Shown here: one piece after another, positions 1 to 9,056 of the stretch | Numbering within the stretch: position 1 is the first letter of the stretch | How the letters are laid out: every line of letters begins with the position of its first letter | Assembly: GCA_963643725.1 (NCBI GenBank) | Contig: CAVILR010000003.1 | Coordinates: forward strand, 4,578-68,577 | Source of the DNA: Lachnospiraceae bacterium | GTDB lineage: Bacteria > Bacillota_I > Bacilli_A > RFN20 > CAG-826 | Length of the DNA: 64,000 nt | Reading direction: 5' to 3' | Notes under the pieces: model-generated | Told to the model about the DNA's origin: nothing | What the model saw: the letters and a program-made list of their open reading frames with translations, nothing else | Databases searched by the model: none | Made by a program: the position numbers and the translations under genes

Positions 1-1242
1 GACCTTCGCGCCTTTATATAACTTGCTCGCTTGTTGGGCGGCCATGATGATGTTTTTATTATTTGGGAAAACGATGATATTTTCGGCATCTAATTGTCTA
101 AATGCGGAGATGAAATCTTCAGTAGAAGGGTTCATCGTCTGATTGCCGCTGACAACGATATCAACGCCAAAGGCTTTAAATTGTTCTTCGATACCTTTGC
201 CTTGCGCCACCGCCACAATCGCGTATTTTTTATGCTCACGCTTTTTCTCTTCTTCACGCGTTTCTTCGCTGACGGTTTCATTGTGTTGAAGAGACATATT
301 CTCCGCTTTGATGGTTAAGAATTCACCAAATTCGCGCATTTTATGAAGAACCATTCCTGGATCTTTGGTATGGACGTGCACTTTGATGATATCGCCATCT
401 TTTAAGGCGACAATCGAATCGCCATCGATATCTTCACCTTTTAAAATGTTGGTGATTGTATCGACATTAAATGAATCGATATCCACTTTTACTTTTTGTA
501 AACGCAATATAAATTCAGTGCAGTAGCCAAATTTTAAAATGTCATCGCTAGTGAAAGCATTGAAATCGATTTGCGGAGTACTTTCCTTAGCCTCATTATC
601 ATTAGATAATTCGAGTTCGATTTTTTCTCCATCAAGATATTTGACAATACCTTTGACGATATAGACGTAACCGCAGCCACCGGAGTCGATGACATCGGCT
701 TCTTTTAAAACTGGTAGAAGATTCTTGGTGTTCTTCAACGTTTTTAAAGCTTGCTTTAAATGAAGTTCAAAGAATTCATTAATCGTCGATGTCGACTTAA
801 TATTTTTTGAAGCATATTCAGTGGCTTCGCGGAAGACGGTTAAAATCGTTCCTTCAACTGGTACATCAACCGCTCCATAGGCTTGTTTAACGCCCATCTT
901 ATAAGCTTCGGCCAGCTCAACTGCATCAACTTCTTCCTTGCTATCAAGGCTCTTACAAATGCCTCGAAAGATTTGTGAAAGAATAACACCTGAATTACCA
1001 CGCGCGGATAAAAGAGTACCTTTAGATAATTCCTTGCCGACCGCGCCGATCGATTTTTCGTGTAGACCTTCAATAGCTCTTACACCGCCTTCAATCGTGC
1101 GGCTCATATTCGTTCCGGTGTCGCCATCAGGAACAGGGAAGACGTTTAAATTATCAACCTCTTCATAGTTAGCGCGAAGGTTTTTCGCGCCACTAGCGAT
1201 AAGAGCGGTGAATTGCTCACCATTTAATTTTTTTAATATCAT
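1..1242 (-). CDS. DAK2-domain fusion protein, YloV-like (C-terminal end runs off the window)
   Basis: Manual translation from the ATG at 1242 gives MILKKLNGEQFTALIASGAKNLRANYEEVDNLNVFPVPDGDTGTNM..., which carries the DhaL/DAK2 PDGDTGTNM signature. The frame stays open to base 1 (...NIIVFPNNKNIIMAAQQASKLYKGAKV). It is absent from the ORF track because it has no stop inside the window. Confidence 0.85.
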   Translation of the reverse strand, partial: MILKKLNGEQFTALIASGAKNLRANYEEVDNLNVFPVPDGDTGTNMSRTIEGGVRAIEGLHEKSIGAVGKELSKGTLLSARGNSGVILSQIFRGICKSLDSKEEVDAVELAEAYKMGVKQAYGAVDVPVEGTILTVFREATEYASKNIKSTSTINEFFELHLKQALKTLKNTKNLLPVLKEADVIDSGGCGYVYIVKGIVKYLDGEKIELELSNDNEAKESTPQIDFNAFTSDDILKFGYCTEFILRLQKVKVDIDSFNVDTITNILKGEDIDGDSIVALKDGDIIKVHVHTKDPGMVLHKMREFGEFLTIKAENMSLQHNETVSEETREEEKKREHKKYAIVAVAQGKGIEEQFKAFGVDIVVSGNQTMNPSTEDFISAFRQLDAENIIVFPNNKNIIMAAQQASKLYKGAKV

Positions 1243-1244
1243 GA

Positions 1245-2162
1245 TTAAGCGACTTCGCCAGTGACGGTAACTTCTTTACCGTAATAATAAATTCCAAATG
1301 TTCCAGGGCCGGTAGATGCACCGATGATTGGTCCTAAATACATTACTTTAATATCTTTAAATGGTACTAATTCTTTAATTTTGCTAACCATTAAGTCAAC
1401 ATCTTCAGCTTTTGCATCCGCGTGTAGCACAAAACAAGTTTGTTTTTCTGGGTTGACGACGGTGTCGCGAACGAGTTCTGCGCAGCGAATAATTGAACCT
1501 TTACGTCCTTTGGCTTTTTCAATCGCGTGGTTACACCCAGCGATATCTGAGATAAGAATTGGTTTGACACCAAAGATATTGCCAAAGAATGCGGCTGAAG
1601 CTTTTACGCGTCCCGCTCTTTTAAGATAATCAAGAGTTTCGACTGTAGCGACTTGGTTATAACAAAGTTTTGTCTTTTCAAGTTCAGCAGCGATTTCTTC
1701 CATCGATTTACCTTCTTTACGCAAGTCGGATGCGTGCATGAGCATCATACCTTGTCCTAAACAGGAGATAAGTGAATCGACAATGATCATTTTACGGTCA
1801 GGATATTCCTTTGAATATTTATCGGTCCATAATTTATGAGCGAGTTTAATCGATGCAGATAAACCTGATGAGCAAGCGATATAAAGAATGTCTTCGCCAG
1901 CTTTAAAATGCCTTCCGAACACCTCATCATATTCTTGTTCAGTAATTTGAGAAGTAATAATACGATTTCCCGCGCGTAAAACGTTATAGAAATCTTTGAC
2001 GGAAATATCTTCCCAGTCTAAGGATGCATAAATCTCATGAAATTTTTTATCCTTATTATCAGTCCATGAAACAAGCATGCGAGCATAGTCGATATCATAT
2101 TTTTCTCTCATGTCACGAGTTAAGTCGCAAGTTGAATCACCAATTATTGCAAATTTTGCCAT
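1245..2162 (-). CDS. DegV family fatty-acid-binding protein
   Basis: 305-aa ORF with N-terminal KFAIIGDSTCDL and DegV-like length and layout. Its stop lies 2 nt upstream of the yloV-like start. Confidence 0.85.
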   Translation of the reverse strand: MAKFAIIGDSTCDLTRDMREKYDIDYARMLVSWTDNKDKKFHEIYASLDWEDISVKDFYNVLRAGNRIITSQITEQEYDEVFGRHFKAGEDILYIACSSGLSASIKLAHKLWTDKYSKEYPDRKMIIVDSLISCLGQGMMLMHASDLRKEGKSMEEIAAELEKTKLCYNQVATVETLDYLKRAGRVKASAAFFGNIFGVKPILISDIAGCNHAIEKAKGRKGSIIRCAELVRDTVVNPEKQTCFVLHADAKAEDVDLMVSKIKELVPFKDIKVMYLGPIIGASTGPGTFGIYYYGKEVTVTGEVA

Positions 2163-2253
2163 TATTAAATAGTCCTTTCCCTTTTGCAGTTAAATCTAGA
2201 TTACTCTAATCTCTTTTTTAGGCAATAGGCAATAAATGACATATGCCAATTAA

Positions 2254-2281
2254 TTGACATTTTTGAAAAAATGCCTATTAT
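2254..2281 (+). promoter_or_regulatory. Sigma-70-type promoter for the TetR gene (TTGACA, 16-nt spacer, TATTAT)
   Basis: TTGACA at 2254-2259 and TATTAT at 2276-2281, with the ATG at 2291 only 9 nt after the -10 and no SD. Flanked by the inverted repeat AATAGGCA (~2224) / TGCCTATT (~2272), a candidate operator. Confidence 0.45.
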
Positions 2282-2290
2282 TTTTCATAT

Positions 2291-2851
2291 ATGAAAGAAG
2301 ATTTACGAATAAGCAAAACAGAATCAGCTATAGAGGGGGCGTTTTTAGAATTAATCGAACTAAAAGGATATGAAAACGTCCATATAATTGATATTGCTAA
2401 AAAAGCGAACGTCAATCGCAACACGATTTATCTAAGATACGGAACAAAAGATGACATCATTTTAAAAATATTGGATAAAGCCATCAAAAAACAAGTAGCG
2501 GAACTAAATACTCAATCGCTTATTAAAACAAGAAATTCAAAGCGTTCAGTCTATGCGATGTTTAATTCTATATTTAATGTATTAAGCAATGACATTGAAC
2601 TATATCGAATCATCTTAACCGACGCCAATCTATCGGGCTATATCGAAAATGTCTTTAAAATGGTGCGTTCAATGGTCATGCATAATGTTGTCGATACGAA
2701 GAAAAATCGCATTGTCGTCGAATACATTCTTAAAGGTTCATACGGAATTATTCAAAATTGGATAATATTTGATACAGGTTCTATTGAAGAAAATGTTAAA
2801 ATACTCACTAGTTTAGTAGTGACAAACTTAAGACATCTTTCATTTAAATAA
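2291..2851 (+). CDS. TetR/AcrR family transcriptional regulator
   Basis: N-terminal HTH IDIAKKANVNRNTIYLRYGTKDDI. 186 aa, typical TetR size. Confidence 0.85.
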   Translation: MKEDLRISKTESAIEGAFLELIELKGYENVHIIDIAKKANVNRNTIYLRYGTKDDIILKILDKAIKKQVAELNTQSLIKTRNSKRSVYAMFNSIFNVLSNDIELYRIILTDANLSGYIENVFKMVRSMVMHNVVDTKKNRIVVEYILKGSYGIIQNWIIFDTGSIEENVKILTSLVVTNLRHLSFK

Positions 2852-2863
2852 GGAGTAAGGACA

Positions 2864-3787
2864 ATGTTTAAATGTAAATCACCTATTAAATTAAGAGAAA
2901 TAATCATCGCTGGACTTATTGGTTTAACGATTTTTATTCTCGGGCTAGTTTTTGATCAAAAGTTCACTCAATCAGTTTACAATGCAACTGAGACAAATAC
3001 GTTTGGTATATTTTTCTCAGGTATAGCTGAACTTCCAATTTGCTTTGCATTAACCTTCGGCGGCATTTCGTTAATTGTTTATCGCCCTAAAACGTTGAAA
3101 AAAGTGTGGGAAGTTTTATCAATTATCGTCGGCATTATCGCCATCCTCGCATCGACATATTTCACCTATGATACGTGGTGCGATTTCTATTCGTTTAATA
3201 ATACTGAATCGTTAAAAACGTTATTCGTCATCACCGGAATTATCTTCACATTATTATTCCAAGCTATCACGATTATTTATGTCATCTTTTTCACAAAAAA
3301 TAATAATCCGAGAACGATGTTATTGCTTGGTTTAGTGTTCATCGCCTTAGCCTTAACTATTGCAGTAGCTGGAACAGCGATGAAATATCTTTGGAGTCGT
3401 CCTCGTCCTCGCTTTATCTATGATCCAGACAATTATCATCCAGAACTATTCCGTAATGCCTGGGAACTAAATCCATTTGAAGCATTTAAAGTAGAGGTCA
3501 GTAACAACTATAAATCCTTCCCGAGCGGTCATAGCATATATTCCGCATCGGCAATGTTTGTTTTGCCATTATTAACATTAACTAATGACGAGATGAAAAG
3601 TGATAGACGTCTACAAGTCATCCTCTTCTATGTTGGCTTATTATGGGCATTACTTTGTGCTTTTTCGCGCGTTTATGCCGGGGCGCACTTCCTCAGCGAT
3701 GTTGGGGCAGGCTTCTTAGTTACCTATATCATCGGTTCATTAGGCATTTATTTTATATTCAAAGATAAAAAGGCAGAAACCCTTTAA
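2864..3787 (+). CDS. PAP2 family membrane phosphatase
   Basis: All three PAP2 motifs are present: KYLWSRPRP, PSGHS and SRVYAGAHFLSD. Several hydrophobic segments. AAGGAG SD upstream. Confidence 0.8.
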   Translation: MFKCKSPIKLREIIIAGLIGLTIFILGLVFDQKFTQSVYNATETNTFGIFFSGIAELPICFALTFGGISLIVYRPKTLKKVWEVLSIIVGIIAILASTYFTYDTWCDFYSFNNTESLKTLFVITGIIFTLLFQAITIIYVIFFTKNNNPRTMLLLGLVFIALALTIAVAGTAMKYLWSRPRPRFIYDPDNYHPELFRNAWELNPFEAFKVEVSNNYKSFPSGHSIYSASAMFVLPLLTLTNDEMKSDRRLQVILFYVGLLWALLCAFSRVYAGAHFLSDVGAGFLVTYIIGSLGIYFIFKDKKAETL

Positions 3788-3791
3788 AATC

Positions 3792-4964
3792 ATGGAACAA
3801 GAGCGAGAAAATCAATCTTCAACACCTGAAGAAGAATTATTAGAAAATCCTAATAAAAAGAATAAAAAGAAATTGATTTCCAATATCATCTTTTTATCAT
3901 TGCTTACCATTTTGGTTTTTGTCCTTCTTTTCAATATCGGCGATTTTAACGATATGAAGCAAAGCTTCCTAAGCATTGGAAGCAATTATCAATATTTCTT
4001 AATCGCCATTGGACTAACGATATTATATTTTGTGATTTGGCCATTCAGCCAATGCATATACGCCAAATCGATGGATGCGGAAGCAAGCATCGCTGAAAGT
4101 TATCTCATCGGTTGCTCTGAGCACTTTTATAACGGCATAACTCCTTTTGCCGCGGGCGGACAACCATTTCAAATTTATTCATATACAAAATGTCATGTTA
4201 AAACCGCCAAAGCGACAGGCATCATCTTGGCCTCCTTTGTGACTTTTATGATCGTCACGAACCTCTTTGCATTAAGTTCGCTATTTTTTGCAAAAGAACT
4301 TTGGGATGGATTTGTCGTTTTAAATAGTCAAGCCACGATTGTTGTTGCCGTCATCGGCATTACCATCAATTTCCTAGTTTTGATATTCATGTTTGTTTTA
4401 GGAACAAGCAAGAAATTAAGGCAATTCTTGGTTAAAATCTTCACAAAAATAGTAAATTGGAAGATATTTCATAACCCGAAAAGAAAATTACTCTCGCGTT
4501 TTGGCGACTTCTTAGTCAAGCAAATTCCCGCATTTGAAGAATATTGCACAAACGCTCAAATTGCCTTCAAAGAAGTCTTTAACCATAAGCGAGCATCCAT
4601 TCTTGCGATTATTGTTAAGATTATCGACATGGCGATTTATTATATGGTTCCTTTTTTCCTTCTTAAATCGGTCGGGATAGAAATTGGCTTTGAAAAACTA
4701 ATATTAGTCACCTTCACCACTTCCTTTGCAATTAATGCCGTCGTCTGGATGCCAACACCAGGGGCAACAGGCGGCATTGAATTCGCCTTTATGTTCGCCG
4801 TCGCGGCAGCTGTTGGAAGAGCAATCGACGGAGCGGGCGTCGCTTTATTATGGCGATTATTAACCTTCTACTTAACAATTATCTTAAGTTTTATATCAAA
4901 TTTAATCCTCGAAGCACACATTCGTCGCAAGGTGAAAAAAGAAGAGGCGATGAAAAATGTTTAA
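3792..4964 (+). CDS. LPG-synthase-TM / MprF-flippase-like (UPF0104) membrane protein
   Basis: Polytopic protein with the C-terminal PTPGATGGIEF motif characteristic of this family. Starts 4 nt after the PAP2 stop. Confidence 0.7.
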   Translation: MEQERENQSSTPEEELLENPNKKNKKKLISNIIFLSLLTILVFVLLFNIGDFNDMKQSFLSIGSNYQYFLIAIGLTILYFVIWPFSQCIYAKSMDAEASIAESYLIGCSEHFYNGITPFAAGGQPFQIYSYTKCHVKTAKATGIILASFVTFMIVTNLFALSSLFFAKELWDGFVVLNSQATIVVAVIGITINFLVLIFMFVLGTSKKLRQFLVKIFTKIVNWKIFHNPKRKLLSRFGDFLVKQIPAFEEYCTNAQIAFKEVFNHKRASILAIIVKIIDMAIYYMVPFFLLKSVGIEIGFEKLILVTFTTSFAINAVVWMPTPGATGGIEFAFMFAVAAAVGRAIDGAGVALLWRLLTFYLTIILSFISNLILEAHIRRKVKKEEAMKNV

Positions 4965-5787
4965 TGTTTTGTATGGCGGAGATAGATTAACTCTAAGAGG
5001 CATCTATCTTTCGATAAGAAGTATGCTTGAACATAACACCTTTCCAATTCATTTTTATATTCTTACAATGGCAACAGGTGAAAAGGGAATAAAAGGTCAA
5101 TCATTAAAAGAAGAAGATCGCTTATTTTTAGAGAAATTGATTAAGTCATATAATGAAAAAAGTGTTATTGATTTATTCGATTATACCGATAAATATAATG
5201 AAACGATAAAGAACACTAGAAATAATAAATGTTCCTTTTCTCCTTATTGCATGTTAAGACTATTCTCTGAGGAAATTTTGCCCGATGAAAATGTCTTGTA
5301 TCTTGACGCGGATACATTGATAAATGGTTCACTTTTGGAATTTGAAAAAGTCGATATTTCAAATGTCGAATTAGCCGCGGGGCTAGATTATCTTGCTCAG
5401 TGGTGGGTGCATCCAGGCTATTTTAACTCCGGCGTCTTATATTTAAATGGTAAGAGAATTAAACAAACGCATTTATTCTCTCGCTGCGTCGATTTATTGA
5501 TGAAAAAAACATATTATTTCGCCGATCAAAGCGCGTTGAATAATCTCGTCAAAGATTTTATTTATCTACCGAGAAAATATAATGAGCAACGACCACTTAA
5601 AAAAGACACAATCATCTGTCATTTTTGTAATCGCGTGATGAGGTTCTACGCCCCGATTAGACCATGGGATGTTAAGCTTATGAGAGAAGTCTATAAAATG
5701 ACCATTTTTGACAATACGTATAGAGATTATTTAGCAAATTTCCCTTTTGAAAGCATTGGCTTAACTAGACCAGATTATAAATTCTAG
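4957..5787 (+). CDS. Glycosyltransferase family 8
   Basis: LYLDADTL (DxD) and YFNSGVLYLN motifs. The start overlaps the upstream gene by 8 nt. Confidence 0.75.
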   Translation: MFNVLYGGDRLTLRGIYLSIRSMLEHNTFPIHFYILTMATGEKGIKGQSLKEEDRLFLEKLIKSYNEKSVIDLFDYTDKYNETIKNTRNNKCSFSPYCMLRLFSEEILPDENVLYLDADTLINGSLLEFEKVDISNVELAAGLDYLAQWWVHPGYFNSGVLYLNGKRIKQTHLFSRCVDLLMKKTYYFADQSALNNLVKDFIYLPRKYNEQRPLKKDTIICHFCNRVMRFYAPIRPWDVKLMREVYKMTIFDNTYRDYLANFPFESIGLTRPDYKF

Positions 5788-6716
5788 TCCGAATAAGCTC
5801 TAATACCTTCTTCGACGATCTCAAAATATCTATCTGGATTAATATCAAGCGCGACAAAGGCGTTTTTTTCTTGTTTTAGATAATCGAACTGGTCGCAGTT
5901 AGTTCTACCATATGATGGACCGCCGGTAACATCGATAGTGACATTCATCTTTTTTAAAGTAACGACATTATTATCTAATAGATAAACAACAGTAACTGGG
6001 TCGTGAAGCGGGCCGCCTTCAAAGCCAAAAACCGCCTTTTGATTGGCGTTAAAGACTTTCATCAATGCCACGAATAATTTAGACACCTTGTTATCGATTT
6101 TATTAATTCTATCAATTATTGACGGCAAGACTTTAACCTTGCGCGTTACGTCTAATCCCATCATCTTAATATTTAGCCCTGAACGAAAGATGATATCCGC
6201 GGCTTCCGGATCGCAATAAATATTAAATTCGCTAGCAGGAGTAACATTGCCATAGCCAACCGCTCCGCCCATCATGACAATTTCTTCGATATATTCTTTT
6301 ACTTCTGGGTGTTTGATTAAAAGGGTGGCGACATTCGTCAATGGACCAGTTGTTACTAAAGTAACCTTCTTATGTTCCTTTAATAATCTTCTCATTAATT
6401 CAACCGCGTTTTCTTTAGCAAAATCAATTTTTAAAGGAGGAAAATCAAAGCCATCAAGTCCGCTTTCACCATGGATTTCAGGGCAAGTAAGAGGTGCTCT
6501 TTTTAAGGGTTTACTTTCACCTAATGCAACTGGAACATCTAGCGATAAATACTGAACTAAATTTAAGGCGTTTCTTCCCGTTTTATCTAATGTTTGATTG
6601 CCTGATTCAACAGTTATAGCTAATAAATTTAAATTGACAGCAGAACCCAAAAGCATGATCGCAACAGCGTCATCGTGTCCAGGGTCGCAGTCAAGAATAA
6701 TGTTCTTCTTTTCCAT
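5784..6716 (-). CDS. Nucleoside hydrolase (IUNH/Rih family)
   Basis: Asp-cluster fingerprint DCDPGHDDAVAIML. The ORF-track start at 6752 is a TTG, so the ATG at 6716 (MEKKNIILDCDPGHDD) is preferred. Confidence 0.85.
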   Translation of the reverse strand: MEKKNIILDCDPGHDDAVAIMLLGSAVNLNLLAITVESGNQTLDKTGRNALNLVQYLSLDVPVALGESKPLKRAPLTCPEIHGESGLDGFDFPPLKIDFAKENAVELMRRLLKEHKKVTLVTTGPLTNVATLLIKHPEVKEYIEEIVMMGGAVGYGNVTPASEFNIYCDPEAADIIFRSGLNIKMMGLDVTRKVKVLPSIIDRINKIDNKVSKLFVALMKVFNANQKAVFGFEGGPLHDPVTVVYLLDNNVVTLKKMNVTIDVTGGPSYGRTNCDQFDYLKQEKNAFVALDINPDRYFEIVEEGIRAYSD

Positions 6717-6777
6717 AGGACTTATAATAAGAAGTCTAAGATAAAACCGCAAATGAAAATAATGATAAAATTAAAAA

Positions 6778-7902
6778 ATGATAAATAAACCTGATTACAA
6801 CAACTCCATCGTCAATCTCTCAAATTCAATATTGAAGCGTTTTAATGTTGAACCATTTCATAATTCATTAGATAAGATTGATGAATTAATAAAGGATAAA
6901 AAGAAAATAATAGTTTTCTTATTCGATGGTCTAGGAAAATGCATCATCGAAAAGCATTTAAAAGAAGACTCGTTTCTCCGCAAGCACAAAATCATGGATA
7001 TAACCTCAACTATGCCTCCGACGACAGTTGCTTCAACAAATGCCTTTTTAAGCGCAAAATATCCTTCTGAAACAGGTTGGTTAGGTTGGACACAGTATTT
7101 TAGTGAACTCGATAAATCGATTAATGTCTTCACTAATTATATCGATAATGAACACAAGCAATTAGAAGGCGATAACTACATGAAAAAGGTTGCTAGTTAT
7201 CCAACAATTGCGGATTTAATAAATCAAAAACATGGTAATAATCCAGCAAACCTTATATTTGGCTATCCCGTCGATAAAGAAAATAAGAAAGTTAAAAAGC
7301 TCAAATCATTTATCAAATATGCATATGAAGTAGCCAGTAGCAAAGATGAAAGTTTCACCTATGCTTATTGGTGCTCTCCTGATTGTTTGATGCATAAATT
7401 TGGGACGACTAGTTTTATAGTTCATCAAAACATTAAACGTATCGAAAAATTAATAAAACACTATTCCAAGAAGCATAAAGATGTCACCACTATACTAATT
7501 TCAGATCACGGCATGAAGGATGTTAAATTCATCGATATGAATCAATATCCAGATTTAATAGACACACTCGTTAGACCATCAACATTTGAAAAGCGTTGTG
7601 CAAACTTCTATGTTAAAAAAGGGCGAAATGAAGATTTTGAGAAACTCTTTAAGAAATATTATGGTAAGCATTATGAGCTTTTTACTATTGAGGATGCAAT
7701 TAAAGAAAATCTCTTTGGCATCGGTAAGCCTAGCAACATAGCAAAAAGATTTTTCGGCGATTACATCGCAATTTCAAAAGACGAATATTCCTTGGATTAT
7801 ATTAATAAGAAAGACAAGAAACGCGTTAAATTTAAAGGGCACCACGCCGGTGGCACCCTCGAAGAAATGATGATTTCAATTATTGGAATAGAAGGAAATT
7901 AG
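6778..7902 (+). CDS. Alkaline-phosphatase-superfamily protein (phosphodiesterase/nucleotide pyrophosphatase-like)
   Basis: Metal-ligand-like pattern FLFDGLG ... TSTMPPTTVAS ... ISDHGM ... GHHAGG. No SD seen before the ATG. Confidence 0.6.
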   Translation: MINKPDYNNSIVNLSNSILKRFNVEPFHNSLDKIDELIKDKKKIIVFLFDGLGKCIIEKHLKEDSFLRKHKIMDITSTMPPTTVASTNAFLSAKYPSETGWLGWTQYFSELDKSINVFTNYIDNEHKQLEGDNYMKKVASYPTIADLINQKHGNNPANLIFGYPVDKENKKVKKLKSFIKYAYEVASSKDESFTYAYWCSPDCLMHKFGTTSFIVHQNIKRIEKLIKHYSKKHKDVTTILISDHGMKDVKFIDMNQYPDLIDTLVRPSTFEKRCANFYVKKGRNEDFEKLFKKYYGKHYELFTIEDAIKENLFGIGKPSNIAKRFFGDYIAISKDEYSLDYINKKDKKRVKFKGHHAGGTLEEMMISIIGIEGN

Positions 7903-9056
7903 ATTTTCCTAATTCTGCCATCTAAAGAATGAAGTCTAATCGAGCCTCCTTGAGTGGCCACTAATCCTCTTGTATAGTGAATAGCTTCTTCTTGTGTTGC
8001 AAAAACCTTAATCGCTTTTTCTCCACCCGCTAATTTGACTTGCCATTTGCCGAGCAAGGATTTAGTCGTAGAAATATGATAGACGCGGACACCGCCATTA
8101 TAGGTAGCGGAGGTTGGTCTAATAGGAGTTTTAGCGACTGGTTTAGCCTCTACTTTTGTAGCAGGTTTTGTTTCTACCTTACTAACAGGTTTAGCAGCAG
8201 GTTTAGTTTCTTGTTTAACGACAGGTTTAGCCTCTACCTTACTAACAGGTTTGGCAACTGGTTTAGCCTCTTGTTTAACGACTGGTTTTGCTTCTTTCTT
8301 TTGAGGAGCTACATCATTAGTCTTTGTTGTAGTAACGGTAACACCACTTGTTGGAGCTTCTTTTTCTTCAACTGCATCTGATTTCTTGTTAGTTAAATGG
8401 TAAGACGCTAAATTAATAGCCCACCAAATATTTGCTAAAACATATGAACCAACGAGCATAATTGCAATGGCAATCGCCATTCTTACCATATTGACTGAAT
8501 TCTCATTGCCTTCGTGAACAAAATTATAAATATCAAATTTGGTGTCTTGCATTCCAAAGATAAGACCAATGTAGACGCCTCCATAAATTAAAACAGGAAG
8601 AACGCTGCACCATGTCCAACGCCATTTAATTTTAGTTTCAACATCAAATAGGACGAAACCAATAATTGCCACAGCAGGAGCAAGAACATGTAAGAATAAA
8701 TTCGCACCTTGATAGCTAATAATGTTTGAATCATTAATGCCCCAAAGTGGCGCTAAAAAGGTAGCAACTGTAATTAACGTAACGCTAATCGCTGTCACTG
8801 CAGCTAGTTTAAGTTGAATTAGCCATTGAGGTAATGGTTTGTTTTCTAACATGTAAATCGAACCGACAATTAGAAAGATTAAACCAACAATTGCCAAGAA
8901 AATGTTCGAATTAAGGGTGAATGGTAGATAAGGACTCACCAAGCCCGCATCAGTAAGCACATATTCATTGACGTAAAGAGCGATGCCAACTAGAGATAAG
9001 GCAGTTGCAATGAGTGTGAAACTGATACTTAGGATTTTTTTGACTTTACTTTTCAT
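7899..9056 (-). CDS. Multi-pass membrane protein fused to a C-terminal DUF2188 domain by a K/P/V/A repeat linker
   Basis: About 220 aa of hydrophobic segments, then KPVVKQEAKPVAKPVSKVEAKPVVKQETKPAAKPVSKVETKP..., then a DUF2188-like end GKWQVKLAGGEKAIKVFATQEEAIHYTRGLVATQGGSIRLHSLDGRI. Overlaps the rarA stop by 11 nt. Confidence 0.6.
   Translation of the reverse strand: MKSKVKKILSISFTLIATALSLVGIALYVNEYVLTDAGLVSPYLPFTLNSNIFLAIVGLIFLIVGSIYMLENKPLPQWLIQLKLAAVTAISVTLITVATFLAPLWGINDSNIISYQGANLFLHVLAPAVAIIGFVLFDVETKIKWRWTWCSVLPVLIYGGVYIGLIFGMQDTKFDIYNFVHEGNENSVNMVRMAIAIAIMLVGSYVLANIWWAINLASYHLTNKKSDAVEEKEAPTSGVTVTTTKTNDVAPQKKEAKPVVKQEAKPVAKPVSKVEAKPVVKQETKPAAKPVSKVETKPATKVEAKPVAKTPIRPTSATYNGGVRVYHISTTKSLLGKWQVKLAGGEKAIKVFATQEEAIHYTRGLVATQGGSIRLHSLDGRIRKI
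8128..8296 (-). repeat. In-frame tandem repeat, ~60-bp unit, ~2.7 copies (encodes the K/P/V/A linker)
   Basis: 8174-8233 and 8234-8293 align at offset 60 with few mismatches (ctaccttactaacaggttt.gca.c.ggtttag..tcttgtttaacgac.ggttt). A partial copy lies at 8131-8173. Confidence 0.8.

Noticed and set aside
21-34. 13-mer TTGCTCGCTTGTT present near both window ends (about 21-34 and 63981-63993)
   Set aside because: The first copy lies inside the yloV-like coding frame (QQASKL). Dozens of 13-mer coincidences are expected by chance in 64 kb of AT-rich DNA, and the flanks do not extend the match.
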